From the NCBI GenBank assembly GCA_031268215.1, contig JAIRXP010000051.1, forward strand, positions 43,992 to 107,991: a DNA stretch of 64,000 nt, written 5' to 3'. This DNA is from Bifidobacteriaceae bacterium. GTDB taxonomy: Bacteria > Actinomycetota > Actinomycetes > Actinomycetales > WQXJ01. The notes under the pieces were generated by a model. That model searched no databases and was not told the origin of the DNA. It was given only the letters and a program-made list of their open reading frames with translations. Position 1 is the first letter of the stretch, and the number at the start of each line of letters is the position of its first letter. Made by a program: the position numbers and the translations under genes. Below are positions 18,033 through 28,278 of this stretch, piece by piece.

Positions 18033-18467
18033 CTAGCCGTCGGCCTGGTCCGGTCCCGGCTGGTCCGGCTTGGAACTGGACTGGGGGGACGATTCGTCAC
18101 CCGCTTCAGCCGGGGAGTCGCAGGCGGACTTGGGGCTGGAATCTGGCTCGGCGGCCGGGTCCGAGTCGTCTTGGTCGTAAAGGCCGTTCATCCGGTCGAT
18201 CCATTGCTGGCCGAGTTGGCCCAGCTTGTCCGCCTTGGCGACGAAGAACTCGGCCACCTTGGTGAAGGATTCGACTGGGACCAAGGTGGCCGAACCCTGG
18301 AGCTTGTTGGCGACCACGACGAACCGGTCGCCCGGTTTAATGCCAAGCATTTTGCGCGCGTCAGCCGGAATGACGACCTGGCCGCGCTCGCCAATGGTGG
18401 CGGTGCCGCAGATTTGGGCCGGAGGAAAACCGGCACGGTGGCCTGAGCCCGTTGAATGAGCGGTCAT
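18033..18467 (-). CDS. AbrB/MazE/SpoVT-type DNA-binding domain protein with an acidic Ser/Pro/Asp-rich tail
   Basis: Internal ATG 18467 (MTAHSTGSG...) avoids overlap with the AKR gene. SpoVT-AbrB signature IGERGQVVIPADARKMLGIKPGDRFVVV. Confidence 0.7.
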   Translation of the reverse strand: MTAHSTGSGHRAGFPPAQICGTATIGERGQVVIPADARKMLGIKPGDRFVVVANKLQGSATLVPVESFTKVAEFFVAKADKLGQLGQQWIDRMNGLYDQDDSDPAAEPDSSPKSACDSPAEAGDESSPQSSSKPDQPGPDQADG

Positions 18468-18552
18468 GGCGACTCCTATCACTGGGATGTATGAAGTTTC
18501 ACACACATCATACCCCAGTTGCCTTCGGGAGTCTGATGGCTGGCCGGCCCAT

Positions 18553-19587
18553 CTACCAGGCGTAGGACCACGGGGCCGTGGCCCGGCGCGAGGCTGGGTC
18601 GGCGCCGGTTCCCGGATCACCCGGGCCAGGGAAGACGTCATCCAGGGCGGCCAGCAGATCGGCATCGAGCCTAATTTCTGGCACCACTAGTGTTTCCTCA
18701 AGCTGTGTGGGCGTCCGGGGCCCAATGATCGGGGCGGTGACGGCGGGGTTGGCCAGAGTCCAGGCCAGGGCCAGGTTCGCCGGTGAATGGCCGGACTGTG
18801 CCGCCAAGTCATGGAAGCGGACCAGCCGAGCTTGGGTGGACTCATCCAGGCCCCGGGCGGCGGTGGATGAGCGGTCGCCGCCCTGGCCGTCAAGTGCGTG
18901 GCCGCCCAACAGCCCGCCGGCTAACGGCGACCACGGAATGACCCCCAGCCCAAGCTCCAGGGCCGCCGGCAGGACTTCCAGTTCCGGCTGGCGGGTCAGC
19001 AACGAATACTTGTGCTGTTCGGAAACCAATCCCAAGAAATGCCGGTTCTTGGCCGCTTCCTGCGCCCAGCACAGGTGGCGGGCGCCAAAGTTGGAGGCGC
19101 CAGCGTAAACGACCTTGCCCGTGGAAATCAGGTCCTCGAAGGCACCCCAAACCTCGTCCCAAGGGGCGTGGGTGTAGATGTGGTGCATCTGGTACAGCTC
19201 AATGCGGTCGGTGCCCAGACGCTTCAGTGACGCTTCGACGGAACGCTTGATCTTGTAGGCGGAATAGCCGCCCTCGTCATTGGGGCCGTCCAACGGATCG
19301 TTCATTGTGCCGAAGACTTTGGTGGCCAGGACCACCCGCTCGCGCCGGCCGTCGCCAAGGGCGAACCAGCGGCCAACGATTTCTTCGGTCCAGCCGGAAT
19401 GGGTCCTGGAATCTTGGCCCCAACTGCCGTAGACATTGGCTGTGTCGAAGAAGGTGACACCAGCGTCAATCGCCGTGTCCATGATGCGGAAAGCCGTCGC
19501 TTCATCCGTCAACGGCCCAAAGTTCATGGTGCCAAGGCACAGACGGGATACTTGCAGGCCGGTGCGGCCAAGGTGGGTGTAGAGCAT
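18553..19587 (-). CDS. aldo/keto reductase
   Basis: Start at MLYTHLGRTGLQVSRLCLGTMNFG, with AGGAG 7 nt upstream. AKR motifs: FFDTANVYG, LYQMHH. Confidence 0.88.
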   Translation of the reverse strand: MLYTHLGRTGLQVSRLCLGTMNFGPLTDEATAFRIMDTAIDAGVTFFDTANVYGSWGQDSRTHSGWTEEIVGRWFALGDGRRERVVLATKVFGTMNDPLDGPNDEGGYSAYKIKRSVEASLKRLGTDRIELYQMHHIYTHAPWDEVWGAFEDLISTGKVVYAGASNFGARHLCWAQEAAKNRHFLGLVSEQHKYSLLTRQPELEVLPAALELGLGVIPWSPLAGGLLGGHALDGQGGDRSSTAARGLDESTQARLVRFHDLAAQSGHSPANLALAWTLANPAVTAPIIGPRTPTQLEETLVVPEIRLDADLLAALDDVFPGPGDPGTGADPASRRATAPWSYAW

Positions 19588-19593
19588 GTTCAA

Positions 19594-19669
19594 CTCCTGG
19601 GATTCGGGCGAAACAAGGAACACATAGACCCTACTCCGGTCGCGGTGAGCGGGAGACACGCCTGGGCTC
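19594..19669 (+). ncRNA. candidate ZTP (pfl-motif)-like riboswitch aptamer in the glyA-folD leader (tentative)
   Basis: The 3' element ACGCCUGGGCU (19658-19668) resembles the conserved CGCCUGGGC of the pfl motif (from memory). The upstream GAUUCGGGCGAAAC (19601-19614) resembles the GACUGGCGAAC-type junction and can pair GGCG:CGCC. The 5' stems are non-canonical. Confidence 0.3.
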
Positions 19670-19702
19670 GCTGCCGGACCGCCGTTGCCCAGGCCCTGTT
19701 TT
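19660..19702 (+). terminator. leader intrinsic terminator upstream of glyA (conditional or attenuator type)
   Basis: 8-bp GC stem, gcctgggc (19660-19667) with gcccaggc (19687-19694), followed by CCUGUUUUA. It lies inside the 5' leader, 66 nt before the glyA GTG, and its 5' arm is the pfl-like conserved segment. Confidence 0.5.
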
Positions 19703-19768
19703 AGGTGCCGCCGCCCAGGCCCCTTAGGATTACTTACGGCTTTGCGGAATATATTGAGGAGTTGAGAC

Positions 19769-21061
19769 GTGACTACTGACCCGACTGACTACACGGCCTT
19801 GCCGTTGGCGGAGGTGGACCCTGAGATCGCCGCGGTGCTGGAAGGCGAACTTACTCGCCAGCGCCGGACTCTGGAGATGATCGCTTCGGAGAACTTTGTT
19901 CCCCGGGGTGTGCTGGAAGCACAGGGGTCGGTATTGACCAACAAGTACGCCGAGGGCTATCCGGGCAGGCGCTATTACGGCGGCTGCGAAGTCGTGGACA
20001 TAGCTGAGGACTTGGCGATCACCAGGGCTAAGGAACTGTTCGGCGCTGACTACGCCAACGTCCAGCCGCACTCCGGGGCGCAAGCCAACGCGGCGGCCTT
20101 GGCCGCCATGATGAACCCCGGCGAGAGGCTGTTGGGCTTGGAGTTGGCCCACGGTGGGCACCTGACCCACGGCATGAAACTGAACTTCTCCGGCAAGCTG
20201 TATGAGGTCTCCTCGTATGGGGTGGACCCAAAGACCTACCGGATTGAGCTAGATGCAGTCCGCGCGGCGGCGCTGGAGCACCGGCCGCAAGTGATCATCG
20301 CCGGATGGTCGGCCTACCCTAGGCATCTGGATTTTGCCGCCTTCCGGGCCATCGCTGATGAAGTCGGGGCCGCCCTGTGGGTGGACATGGCCCACTTCGC
20401 GGGGCTGGTGGCAGCGGGCCTGCATCCCAGCCCGGTGCCCTTCGCGGATGTCACCACTTCCACGGTGCATAAGACCCTGGGCGGGCCGCGATCCGGTTTC
20501 ATTTTGTCGCGGTCAAGCGAACAGTGGGGCAAGAAACTGAACTCGGCGGTCTTCCCGGGCCAGCAGGGCGGCCCGCTGATGCATGTCATAGCTGCCAAAG
20601 CGGTGGCCTTCAAGGTCGCCATGACGGATGACTTCCGTGACCGGCAGCTCCGCACGTTGGAGGGCGCTCAGATTCTGTCCGAACGCCTGTCCGCTGGAGA
20701 CGTCCAGGCGGCGGGCGTGGCTGTCCTGACCGGCGGGACGGATGTTCACCTAGTGCTGGTGGACCTGCGTGATTCGCCGCTGGACGGCCGCCAGGGCGAA
20801 GACCTCCTTGAGGAAGTCGGGATCACAGTCAACCGCAACGCCGTGCCGTTTGACCCGCGCCCGCCCATGGTCACCTCCGGTTTGCGGATCGGGACGCCCG
20901 CTCTGGCCACCAGAGGATTCGGCGCGGCTCAGTTCGCCGAGGTAGCGGATGTGATCGCGACCGCCCTGCGGGACGGTGACGGGGCGGACGTCGCCGCGCT
21001 GAAAGCCCGCACCGCCCGGCTGGCGGATGACTTCCCGCTGTACACAGGACTGGCGCAGTGA
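19769..21061 (+). CDS. glyA: serine hydroxymethyltransferase
   Basis: 430 aa. PLP-lysine motif [14 protein letters not shown]; [10 protein letters not shown]. Confidence 0.95.
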   Translation: MTTDPTDYTALPLAEVDPEIAAVLEGELTRQRRTLEMIASENFVPRGVLEAQGSVLTNKYAEGYPGRRYYGGCEVVDIAEDLAITRAKELFGADYANVQPHSGAQANAAALAAMMNPGERLLGLELAHGGHLTHGMKLNFSGKLYEVSSYGVDPKTYRIELDAVRAAALEHRPQVIIAGWSAYPRHLDFAAFRAIADEVGAALWVDMAHFAGLVAAGLHPSPVPFADVTTSTVHKTLGGPRSGFILSRSSEQWGKKLNSAVFPGQQGGPLMHVIAAKAVAFKVAMTDDFRDRQLRTLEGAQILSERLSAGDVQAAGVAVLTGGTDVHLVLVDLRDSPLDGRQGEDLLEEVGITVNRNAVPFDPRPPMVTSGLRIGTPALATRGFGAAQFAEVADVIATALRDGDGADVAALKARTARLADDFPLYTGLAQ

Positions 21062-21945
21062 CGGCCCAAGTCCTGGACGGCCGCGCTGCCGCCGCCCAGA
21101 TCAAGGCCGACTTGGCGACCCGCGTCGCTGCCCTGGGCCGCATGGGACCGCGGCCTGGGTTGGGAACGGTGCTGGTGGGGCAGGACCCCGGATCCGTCAT
21201 CTATGTCAACGGCAAGCACCGCGATTGCGCTGAGGTTGGGATCGCCTCCATCCGGGTCGATCTGCCCCAGGATGCTACCCAGGAACAGGTTCTAGGCGCG
21301 TTGGCGGACCTCAACGCCGACCCAGCCTGCACCGGCTACATAGTCCAGCTACCTCTGCCGGAGCATCTTGACGCGGATTCAATCATCAAGGCGATCAAGC
21401 CAGCCAAGGACGCGGACGGCCTGCATCCCGCCAATCTGGGGGCGTTAGTGCTGAACGTCAGTGCTCCTGTGACCACGCCATTGCCTTGCACACCCCGCGG
21501 GATCATCGACTTGATTCAGCGGGCCGGAATTGATCTGAAGGGCAAGCACGTGGTGGTGGCCGGCCGAGGAATCACAGTCGGCCGTTCGATTGGCCTGTTG
21601 TTTACCCGCCGCGATATCAACGCCACGGTCACTCTTACGCATACCGGGACCAAGGATCTGCCGGGCCTGCTGCGTCAAGCGGACGTGATCGTGGCGGCGG
21701 CCGGCGTGCCGGGCCTGATACAGCCTGAACACATCAAACCCGGTGCGGTGGTTCTGGACGTGGGGGTGTCAAGAGTGCCTGGAGCGGACGGCAAATTGGT
21801 GATCGCGGGGGATGTCGCGCCACAGGCCGCGGAGGTGGCCGGCTGGCTATCGCCCAATCCGGGCGGCGTTGGGCCAATGACGCGAGCCATGTTGTTGACC
21901 AATGTTGTCGAAGCGGCCGAACGCCTAGCCCTACCGGCGGCCTGA
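21058..21945 (+). CDS. folD: bifunctional methylenetetrahydrofolate dehydrogenase/cyclohydrolase
   Basis: 295 aa. GTGA overlap with glyA. Motifs [40 protein letters not shown]. Confidence 0.94.
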   Translation: MTAQVLDGRAAAAQIKADLATRVAALGRMGPRPGLGTVLVGQDPGSVIYVNGKHRDCAEVGIASIRVDLPQDATQEQVLGALADLNADPACTGYIVQLPLPEHLDADSIIKAIKPAKDADGLHPANLGALVLNVSAPVTTPLPCTPRGIIDLIQRAGIDLKGKHVVVAGRGITVGRSIGLLFTRRDINATVTLTHTGTKDLPGLLRQADVIVAAAGVPGLIQPEHIKPGAVVLDVGVSRVPGADGKLVIAGDVAPQAAEVAGWLSPNPGGVGPMTRAMLLTNVVEAAERLALPAA

Positions 21946-21963
21946 CAGGTTGAGGGGCGATTC

Positions 21964-22884
21964 GTGCTTGAAGTAAGTAATGTCAGCCGCGCGTTCGGGT
22001 CATTGCAGGCCTTGACGGACGTCAGTTTTGAAGTCCGGCCCGGCCGGTTGACCGGATTCGTGGGCGGTAACGGCGCCGGCAAGACCACCGCCATGCGCAT
22101 CATTATGGGCGTGCTCTCCGCTGATTCGGGTCAGGTGTTCTATGACGGCCAACCGATTGGGCGTCAGATTGACGCGACGTTCGGTTACATGCCGGAGGAG
22201 CGGGGCCTGTATCCCAAGATGCCGGTGCGCGAGCAATTGATCTTCTTCGCCCAGTTACATGGCCTAGACCAGACCAAGGCCGGCCGCAACGCTGACCGCC
22301 TCCTTGAGCAGCTTGGCTTGACTGAACGCGCCAAGGACGCCGTGGAGAAGCTGTCATTGGGCAACCAGCAACGAGCCCAGATCGCGGCCGCGCTGGTCCA
22401 TGATCCAGCGGCATTGATTCTGGATGAGCCGTTCTCTGGCCTGGACCCGCTGGCGGTTGACACGGTGATGACCGTAATGAAAGAGTTCGCGGCCTCCGGC
22501 ACGCCCATTCTTTTCTCTTCCCATCAGCTTGACGTTGTTGAGCGCATCACCGATGACCTGATTGTGATCGCCGGTGGCCAGATCAAAGCCGCCGGGGCTA
22601 CGGCCGCCCTGCAGAGCCAACACGCTGGGTCCCGCTACCGCTTGGGGCTGCCAGCCGGGCACTCATGGGAATGGGTGTCCCAGTGGGACGGGATCACTGA
22701 AGCGCGACAAGTTGAGGACGGGGCTGGGAGTGGGGAGACGGCATCGGGAATTACGGTTTTGTTTGACGCCACGCCCGATGCCGCTCAAGCTGTCTTGCGC
22801 CAAGCCCTCACGTTGGGACCGGTGGAAGTTTTCGAACGGGTGATCCCGCCGCTTAGCCAGGTCTTCCGGGAGGTGGTCGCGTGA
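21964..22884 (+). CDS. ABC transporter ATP-binding protein (NatA/ABC-2 type)
   Basis: Walker A GGNGAGKTT, signature LSLGNQQR, Walker B LILDEPFSGLD. Confidence 0.88.
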   Translation: MLEVSNVSRAFGSLQALTDVSFEVRPGRLTGFVGGNGAGKTTAMRIIMGVLSADSGQVFYDGQPIGRQIDATFGYMPEERGLYPKMPVREQLIFFAQLHGLDQTKAGRNADRLLEQLGLTERAKDAVEKLSLGNQQRAQIAAALVHDPAALILDEPFSGLDPLAVDTVMTVMKEFAASGTPILFSSHQLDVVERITDDLIVIAGGQIKAAGATAALQSQHAGSRYRLGLPAGHSWEWVSQWDGITEARQVEDGAGSGETASGITVLFDATPDAAQAVLRQALTLGPVEVFERVIPPLSQVFREVVA

Positions 22885-24014
22885 ATTCGGTATGGCTGGT
22901 GACGAGGCGAGAGCTTCTTGCCCAGGTCAGGTCCAAAGCCTTCTTGATCGGCACGGGCATAATGCTGGCGATGGCTCTGATTTGCGGCGCGCTGCCGGGG
23001 ATAATCGGGGGATTTGACCAGGGGCCGGACGAACCAATGAAGATCGCCGCTCCAGAGCCGCTGGTCAGCGAACTGGCGAAGCTCAAGGGCTTCGCTGTTC
23101 AATCGGTCGGTTCCGCTTCGGCGGCCGAACGGGCGGTGCGGGACGGCAAAGTCGAGGCCGCTGTTATACAGGACGCTGATGTGCCCTCTGGTCTGGCGGT
23201 GATTGCGAAGGAGGATCCGCCTTCCGGTCTGGTATCAGCCCTGACCGTGACCCCTGACGTGCGGTTGCTTGATCCACCGGCGGTGGCGCAGTTTGTCAAA
23301 CAATTGGCGGCGATGGTCTTCGCGGTGATGTTCTTCGTGCTGATCATGATGTACGGCCAAACGGCCGCCCAGAACACCGTTGTTGAGAAGCAGACCCGAG
23401 TAGTTGAGATCTTGCTCGCGGCGGTGCCGGCGCGGGTGTTGCTGGCCGGGAAGATCCTGTCTAACGCGGTGCTGGCCTTCGCCACAGTGGCTGGCCTGAT
23501 CGCGGCGGTGTCTTTGGGTGCCTGGGTGAGCGGTTCTTGGGCGGCGGTGAGCGCGGAGGCGTCCGTTTTCTTGCCAACGGCCGGTGGGGCTAGCCCGCTG
23601 GCCATGGTTTCTGGTTCGTTGGGCTGGTTCCTGTTGTTCTTCGTGGTGGCGTTCGTGATGTTTTCATCTCTGATGGTTGGTTCGGCGGCGACGGTTTCTC
23701 GTTTGGAAGAGATCGGGTCGGTGTTGACCCCCACCATGATGTTGGCCATGATCCCTTACTTCTTGGTGATCATGTTCAATGACAGCGAGGTCGTGCTCGA
23801 CTGGCTCTCCTACATTCCGTTCTCCAGTCCCACGGCCATGCCTCTGCGTATTGTTACCGGGGAGGCGGCCTGGTGGGAACCGGTCATCGCTTTAGTAATC
23901 TTGGCCGTGACAACAGTGCTGGCGATTGTGTTGGCGGGCAAGCTCTTTGAGAACTCGATCTTGCGGACCGGGGCCAGAATCAGGTTCAAAGACGCGTTCT
24001 CTACTCGCGTCTGA
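22881..24014 (+). CDS. ABC-2 type transporter permease (NatB-like)
   Basis: 377 aa. GTGA overlap with the ATPase. One N-terminal TM, an extracytoplasmic loop, then about 5 TM helices. Confidence 0.75.
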   Translation: MNSVWLVTRRELLAQVRSKAFLIGTGIMLAMALICGALPGIIGGFDQGPDEPMKIAAPEPLVSELAKLKGFAVQSVGSASAAERAVRDGKVEAAVIQDADVPSGLAVIAKEDPPSGLVSALTVTPDVRLLDPPAVAQFVKQLAAMVFAVMFFVLIMMYGQTAAQNTVVEKQTRVVEILLAAVPARVLLAGKILSNAVLAFATVAGLIAAVSLGAWVSGSWAAVSAEASVFLPTAGGASPLAMVSGSLGWFLLFFVVAFVMFSSLMVGSAATVSRLEEIGSVLTPTMMLAMIPYFLVIMFNDSEVVLDWLSYIPFSSPTAMPLRIVTGEAAWWEPVIALVILAVTTVLAIVLAGKLFENSILRTGARIRFKDAFSTRV

Positions 24015-24090
24015 GGCTGGCCTGCGCCCCGTCTAGGCGCCGGTGGTCGCTGGGCAGGCTTTGAGCAGGCCTACTGGGTAGGCTGGGCTG

Positions 24091-24915
24091 GTGCCGCTTG
24101 AGATTACTTCTTTGAACGTGGGCGGGATCCGCTCGGCGATGCGTAAAGGCATGGGGTCTTGGTTGCGGGCCAGTTCGCCTGATGTCCTTTGCCTTCAGGA
24201 GGTCCGGGCACCGGCGGAGGTGCTTGGGTCATTCCTGCCAGATCGCACCAATCATCAGTCGGTTTCGCTCCTCAAGGGGCGGTCTGGCGTGGCGGTTTGC
24301 TCGTTGCTTCCGGTCGCACGGGTGCGGGAAGGACTGCCGGGATTGCCTCCGGCGGACACTCACACGGGCCGGTGGCTGGAGGCAGATCTGACCTTGGCTG
24401 ATGGTGAGGAGCTGACCGTTGTGAGTGCCTATGTTCATTCCGGTGAGGCCGGGACGGAACGGCAAGAACACAAGCTGGCCTTCTTGGCCGCGATGACCGA
24501 ACGCCTTGCCGGCCTGGCGGCCGGCCCTCGCCCGGCCGTGGTGTGTGGTGACTTCAACGTGGCCCACCGCGAAGCGGACCTCAAGAACTGGAAGGGGAAC
24601 TCCAAGAACTCCGGTTTCCTGCCGGAGGAACGGGAGATTCTGACAGGTTGGTTCGCAGAGCTGAATTGGGTGGACATTGGGCGGCGGCTGGCCGGCGAAC
24701 GCGAAGGTCCCTACACCTGGTGGTCTTGGCGGGGCAAGGCCTTCGACAACGACACCGGTTGGCGGATCGACTATCAAATCGCCACACCGGACCTGGCCGC
24801 CAAGGCCAGTAGTTTCCGGATCGACAAACCGGAAACATATGATGCCCGCTGGACTGACCACGCGCCTTTTACCGTCACCTATGACCTGCCCGGTTATCAG
24901 CCGGGCCAACGGTGA
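24091..24915 (+). CDS. xthA: exodeoxyribonuclease III (AP endonuclease family 1)
   Basis: 274 aa. LNVGGIRSA, DVLCLQE, VCGDFNVAH, SWRGKAF..DTGWRIDY, WTDHAPF. Confidence 0.88.
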   Translation: MPLEITSLNVGGIRSAMRKGMGSWLRASSPDVLCLQEVRAPAEVLGSFLPDRTNHQSVSLLKGRSGVAVCSLLPVARVREGLPGLPPADTHTGRWLEADLTLADGEELTVVSAYVHSGEAGTERQEHKLAFLAAMTERLAGLAAGPRPAVVCGDFNVAHREADLKNWKGNSKNSGFLPEEREILTGWFAELNWVDIGRRLAGEREGPYTWWSWRGKAFDNDTGWRIDYQIATPDLAAKASSFRIDKPETYDARWTDHAPFTVTYDLPGYQPGQR

Positions 24916-24977
24916 TGGTTCTTTGCGTATAGGGTCTATGCGGAGGCATTGACGCGAACCAGAAAGGTAAATCCCCC

Positions 24978-25451
24978 ATGAAGAAAGCAATCGCTCTTAC
25001 CGTGGCCTTAGCTGCCGGCCTTGGGCTGGCGGGCTGTGGACTGTTTGGACAGCCCAAGGAAGCGCCCCGAGGCGAAGACGGCGCCGTGATCAAATCAGCC
25101 GATGCGGACATCACCACCCTCAAGGTCGGTGACTGCACCGGTGCCCTGCCGGAAGGTGAGCTGACTAGCTCCCGCCTTATCCCCTGTGATGATCCGCACT
25201 ACTGGGAGGTGTTCGCGGAGACGGATCTTCCTGACGGGGAGTTCCCTGCGGACGCGAGTGAGCAAGCGGAAACGTTCTGCACTGAAGCGGTGGTGCCGTT
25301 CATGGGCGAAGAAGCGGCCCAGGACGAGCGCTACGGGGTCCTCTTCTTGGCTCCGACCAAGGATGCCTGGGACCTGAAGGATCACAGTGTGAGTTGCCTG
25401 GTCGGCACTGAAGAAGGCGGGCTGACTGGTTCGCTGAAGGTCGCCGAGTAG
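24978..25451 (+). CDS. lipoprotein, septum-formation-domain-like
   Basis: Lipobox MKKAIALTVALAAGLGLAGC. Cys/His pattern GDCTG...IPCDDPHYWEVFA...FC...SC, typical of actinobacterial septum formation family proteins. Confidence 0.65.
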   Translation: MKKAIALTVALAAGLGLAGCGLFGQPKEAPRGEDGAVIKSADADITTLKVGDCTGALPEGELTSSRLIPCDDPHYWEVFAETDLPDGEFPADASEQAETFCTEAVVPFMGEEAAQDERYGVLFLAPTKDAWDLKDHSVSCLVGTEEGGLTGSLKVAE

Positions 25452-25510
25452 CTACCGTCAAGATGGTTCCAGACGAGCCAGATTGAGCTGGGGGCTGTGG
25501 AGATGCCAGA

Positions 25511-26533
25511 ATGTTTCCCATGCCATTGCCCAGACCCCGCGCTTTTTCCGGGATTCAGCCGACCGCGGATTCCCTTCACCTTGGTAACTACCTGGGGGCA
25601 TTGAAACAGTGGGTTGAGTTGCAGGAGGACTACGACTGTGTCTACTCCGTGGTCGACCTGCATGCCTTGACCGTAGGCCCTAGCCCGGCCGAACTGCGCC
25701 AGCGGGTGCGGGCAACCGCGGCGCAGTTCCTGGCCGCCGGGGTGGATCCCGCCCGGTCAGTGCTGTTCATCCAGTCCGAGGTCTCTGAGCACGCCCAATT
25801 GACCTGGTTGCTCAACTGCTTGACCGGTTTTGGCGAGGCCGGGAGGATGACCCAGTTCAAGGATAAGTCTTCGCGATTGGGGGAGAAAGCGGTCACAGTT
25901 GGGCTGTTCGACTATCCGGTGCTGATGGCGGCCGATATCTTGCTTTATGACGCCCAAGTGGTGCCAGTCGGCGAGGACCAGCGCCAGCATCTGGAACTGT
26001 CCCGCACCTTGGCCGCCAGGCTGAACTCCAGATTTGGGCCCGGCACGGCCGTTGTTCCAGAACCGGTGATAGTGAAGGCCACGGCCAAGATCTTCGACCT
26101 GCAAGACCCTGGGGCCAAGATGTCCAAGACCGGACATCCGTCCGGGATCATTGAACTGCTTGATGACCCGAAGACCATCGCTAAGCGGATCAAGACGGCC
26201 GTCACGGATTCTGGTTCTGAGATCACCTGGGACCCATCCGTCAAGCCTGGCGTAGCCAATCTCTTGACTATTTACTCAGCGCTCACTGACCAACCGGTCG
26301 AAGCCATTGTTCAACGGTACCAAGGCAAGCTTTACGGTCACCTCAAAGTTGACTTGGCGGAAGTGGTGGTCGAATCGCTGCGGCCCTTCCGTGAGCGCAC
26401 AGCGCTGTACCTGGATGATCCGGGCCAGCTTGACCAGATCCTGGACCAAGGCGCCGAACGGGCCAGGGGAATCGCCGCAACGGTCTACGGCCGCATCGCT
26501 GGGTGCTTCGGGCTAGGCCGAGCCGGGCAATGA
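25511..26533 (+). CDS. trpS: tryptophan--tRNA ligase
   Basis: 340 aa. Class I signatures HLGNYLGA and KMSKT; [10 protein letters not shown]. Confidence 0.94.
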   Translation: MFPMPLPRPRAFSGIQPTADSLHLGNYLGALKQWVELQEDYDCVYSVVDLHALTVGPSPAELRQRVRATAAQFLAAGVDPARSVLFIQSEVSEHAQLTWLLNCLTGFGEAGRMTQFKDKSSRLGEKAVTVGLFDYPVLMAADILLYDAQVVPVGEDQRQHLELSRTLAARLNSRFGPGTAVVPEPVIVKATAKIFDLQDPGAKMSKTGHPSGIIELLDDPKTIAKRIKTAVTDSGSEITWDPSVKPGVANLLTIYSALTDQPVEAIVQRYQGKLYGHLKVDLAEVVVESLRPFRERTALYLDDPGQLDQILDQGAERARGIAATVYGRIAGCFGLGRAGQ

Positions 26534-27156
26534 GGATTCCGCCGCTCGGCCCGGATCAGGTGTGCCTAGGAGTGGCCTTGATGGTCCCGCCCCCACAGGC
26601 TGATCGGTTGCGTCAGATTCGCCTGTTATCTGGCGACCCGCAGGGCGGCACGGCCCAGCCGCACATAACCGTTATCCCGCCCACCGCTGTCGACCGGGCG
26701 GGCTTAGGGGCGTTGTTGGACGGCATCGGGCGGCGGGTGTCCCAATTCCAGCCCTTCCAGGTCCGCCTGAGCGGGGCGGGCACCTTTCGTCCGGTCAGCC
26801 CCGTTGTCTACGCCAAGTTGGCGGAGGGCTTCGATACTTGCCAAGCGTTGGAGGCTCAGGTCCGGCTGGCCGTTGACGGCCTAGAGGACCGCTTCCCGTA
26901 CTGTCCCCATGTGACCGTGGCCCAGGACGTGCCGGAATCCGGCCTGGATGGTGCCGAGCGGGCGATAGACGGCCTGGATGAGACTTTTACGATCACCGCG
27001 GTTGACGTTTGCTGGTTGGAAACTGAGTCCGTCTGGCGGCCGCTGCGCCGGTTCTGGCTGGCGCGGTCCGAGCACACGAACACTGCCGAAGCGTCCGGGG
27101 GGTCGTGGACTAGCGGGCTCCCGGCGCGCGACCAGCCCAATGAGGAGCCATCTTGA
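26530..27156 (+). CDS. 2H phosphoesterase / 2'-5' RNA ligase family protein
   Basis: ATG 26530 overlaps the trpS stop (ATGA). Two H-x-T-x motifs (HITV, HVTV). Confidence 0.7.
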   Translation: MRIPPLGPDQVCLGVALMVPPPQADRLRQIRLLSGDPQGGTAQPHITVIPPTAVDRAGLGALLDGIGRRVSQFQPFQVRLSGAGTFRPVSPVVYAKLAEGFDTCQALEAQVRLAVDGLEDRFPYCPHVTVAQDVPESGLDGAERAIDGLDETFTITAVDVCWLETESVWRPLRRFWLARSEHTNTAEASGGSWTSGLPARDQPNEEPS

Positions 27157-28268
27157 GTCCACTGCCGGGTTTCTTCGCGGTCATTCCCGCCGGTGGGGCC
27201 GGCAAACGCCTGTGGCCCCTGTCCCGTCGCGATGAGCCCAAATTCTTGCTTGATCTGACTGGTGAAGGCCGGACTCTGATCCAGCAGGCCTGGGACCGGC
27301 TAGAACCGTTGGCTGGGGCCGGCCAGATCGAGGTCGTCACCGGCAGCGCCCAGGGCGAGGCGGTGGCCGAGCAACTTGATGCTCTCAGCCCGGACAATCT
27401 GATCGTCGAACCTTCGCCGCGTGACTCCATGCCGGCCATAGCCCTGGCCGCCGCCATCACCGAGCGGCGCCACGGCGATGTGGTGTTGGGCTCTTTCGCG
27501 GCGGACCAGGTAGTCCACGGCTCGGAAGGCTTCGCCGCCGCCGTGGAGGGGGCCTATTTGGCTGCCCAGGAGGGTTTCATCGCTACTATTGGGATCAGGC
27601 CGGACGGTCCTTCCACCGCCTACGGCTACATCAAGGCCGGCCTGTCTATTGGCCTGTTGGAAGCCCCGCAAGTTCGCCTGGTGGAAGCGTTCAAAGAGAA
27701 GCCAGACCGGGCGGCGGCAGAGGTCTATCTGGCCGCTGGGGGTTACCGCTGGAACGCGGGCATGTTCGTTTTCAAAGTCCGCTCGCTGCTGGAACAACTG
27801 GAACTGCGTCACCCCCGGATGGCGGACGGGATTGGGCGTCTGGCGGACGCCTGGGAAACCGGCCAGCGCGAGCGGGTGGCCGCTGAGGTTTGGCCCACCC
27901 TGCCGAAGATCGCCTTCGATCACGCGATCGCCGAGCCGGTGGCAGCGGAAGGCGGCATGGCGACGGTACCCGGCGATTTCGCTTGGAGCGACATCGGCGA
28001 CTTCGCGTCCTTGGGCGAGGCATTGGGGCCCGGTCCCGGTGGCGCCGCACAGCTGGTCTCGCGCGGTGGCCCGGAGCCGGTGATTGTTGACGCGCCCACG
28101 GCGGTGGTCATATCCGGGGCAGGGCGGTTGGTCGCGGTGGTTGGCCAGCCGGGCATTGTCGTGGTGGACACGCCCGATGCCGTCCTGGTGGTTCCGCGGG
28201 ACCGTGTCCAGGAAGTCAAAGCCCTGGTTGAGGGCCTTGAGAAGAGCGGGCAAAGCGAGCGGTTGTAG
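27153..28268 (+). CDS. mannose-1-phosphate guanylyltransferase (NTP-transferase family)
   Basis: 371 aa. AVIPAGGAGKRLWPLSR N-terminus, GYIKAG, YRWNAGMFVF. Confidence 0.85.
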   Translation: MSPLPGFFAVIPAGGAGKRLWPLSRRDEPKFLLDLTGEGRTLIQQAWDRLEPLAGAGQIEVVTGSAQGEAVAEQLDALSPDNLIVEPSPRDSMPAIALAAAITERRHGDVVLGSFAADQVVHGSEGFAAAVEGAYLAAQEGFIATIGIRPDGPSTAYGYIKAGLSIGLLEAPQVRLVEAFKEKPDRAAAEVYLAAGGYRWNAGMFVFKVRSLLEQLELRHPRMADGIGRLADAWETGQRERVAAEVWPTLPKIAFDHAIAEPVAAEGGMATVPGDFAWSDIGDFASLGEALGPGPGGAAQLVSRGGPEPVIVDAPTAVVISGAGRLVAVVGQPGIVVVDTPDAVLVVPRDRVQEVKALVEGLEKSGQSERL

Positions 28269-28278
28269 GGTTTAGTGC

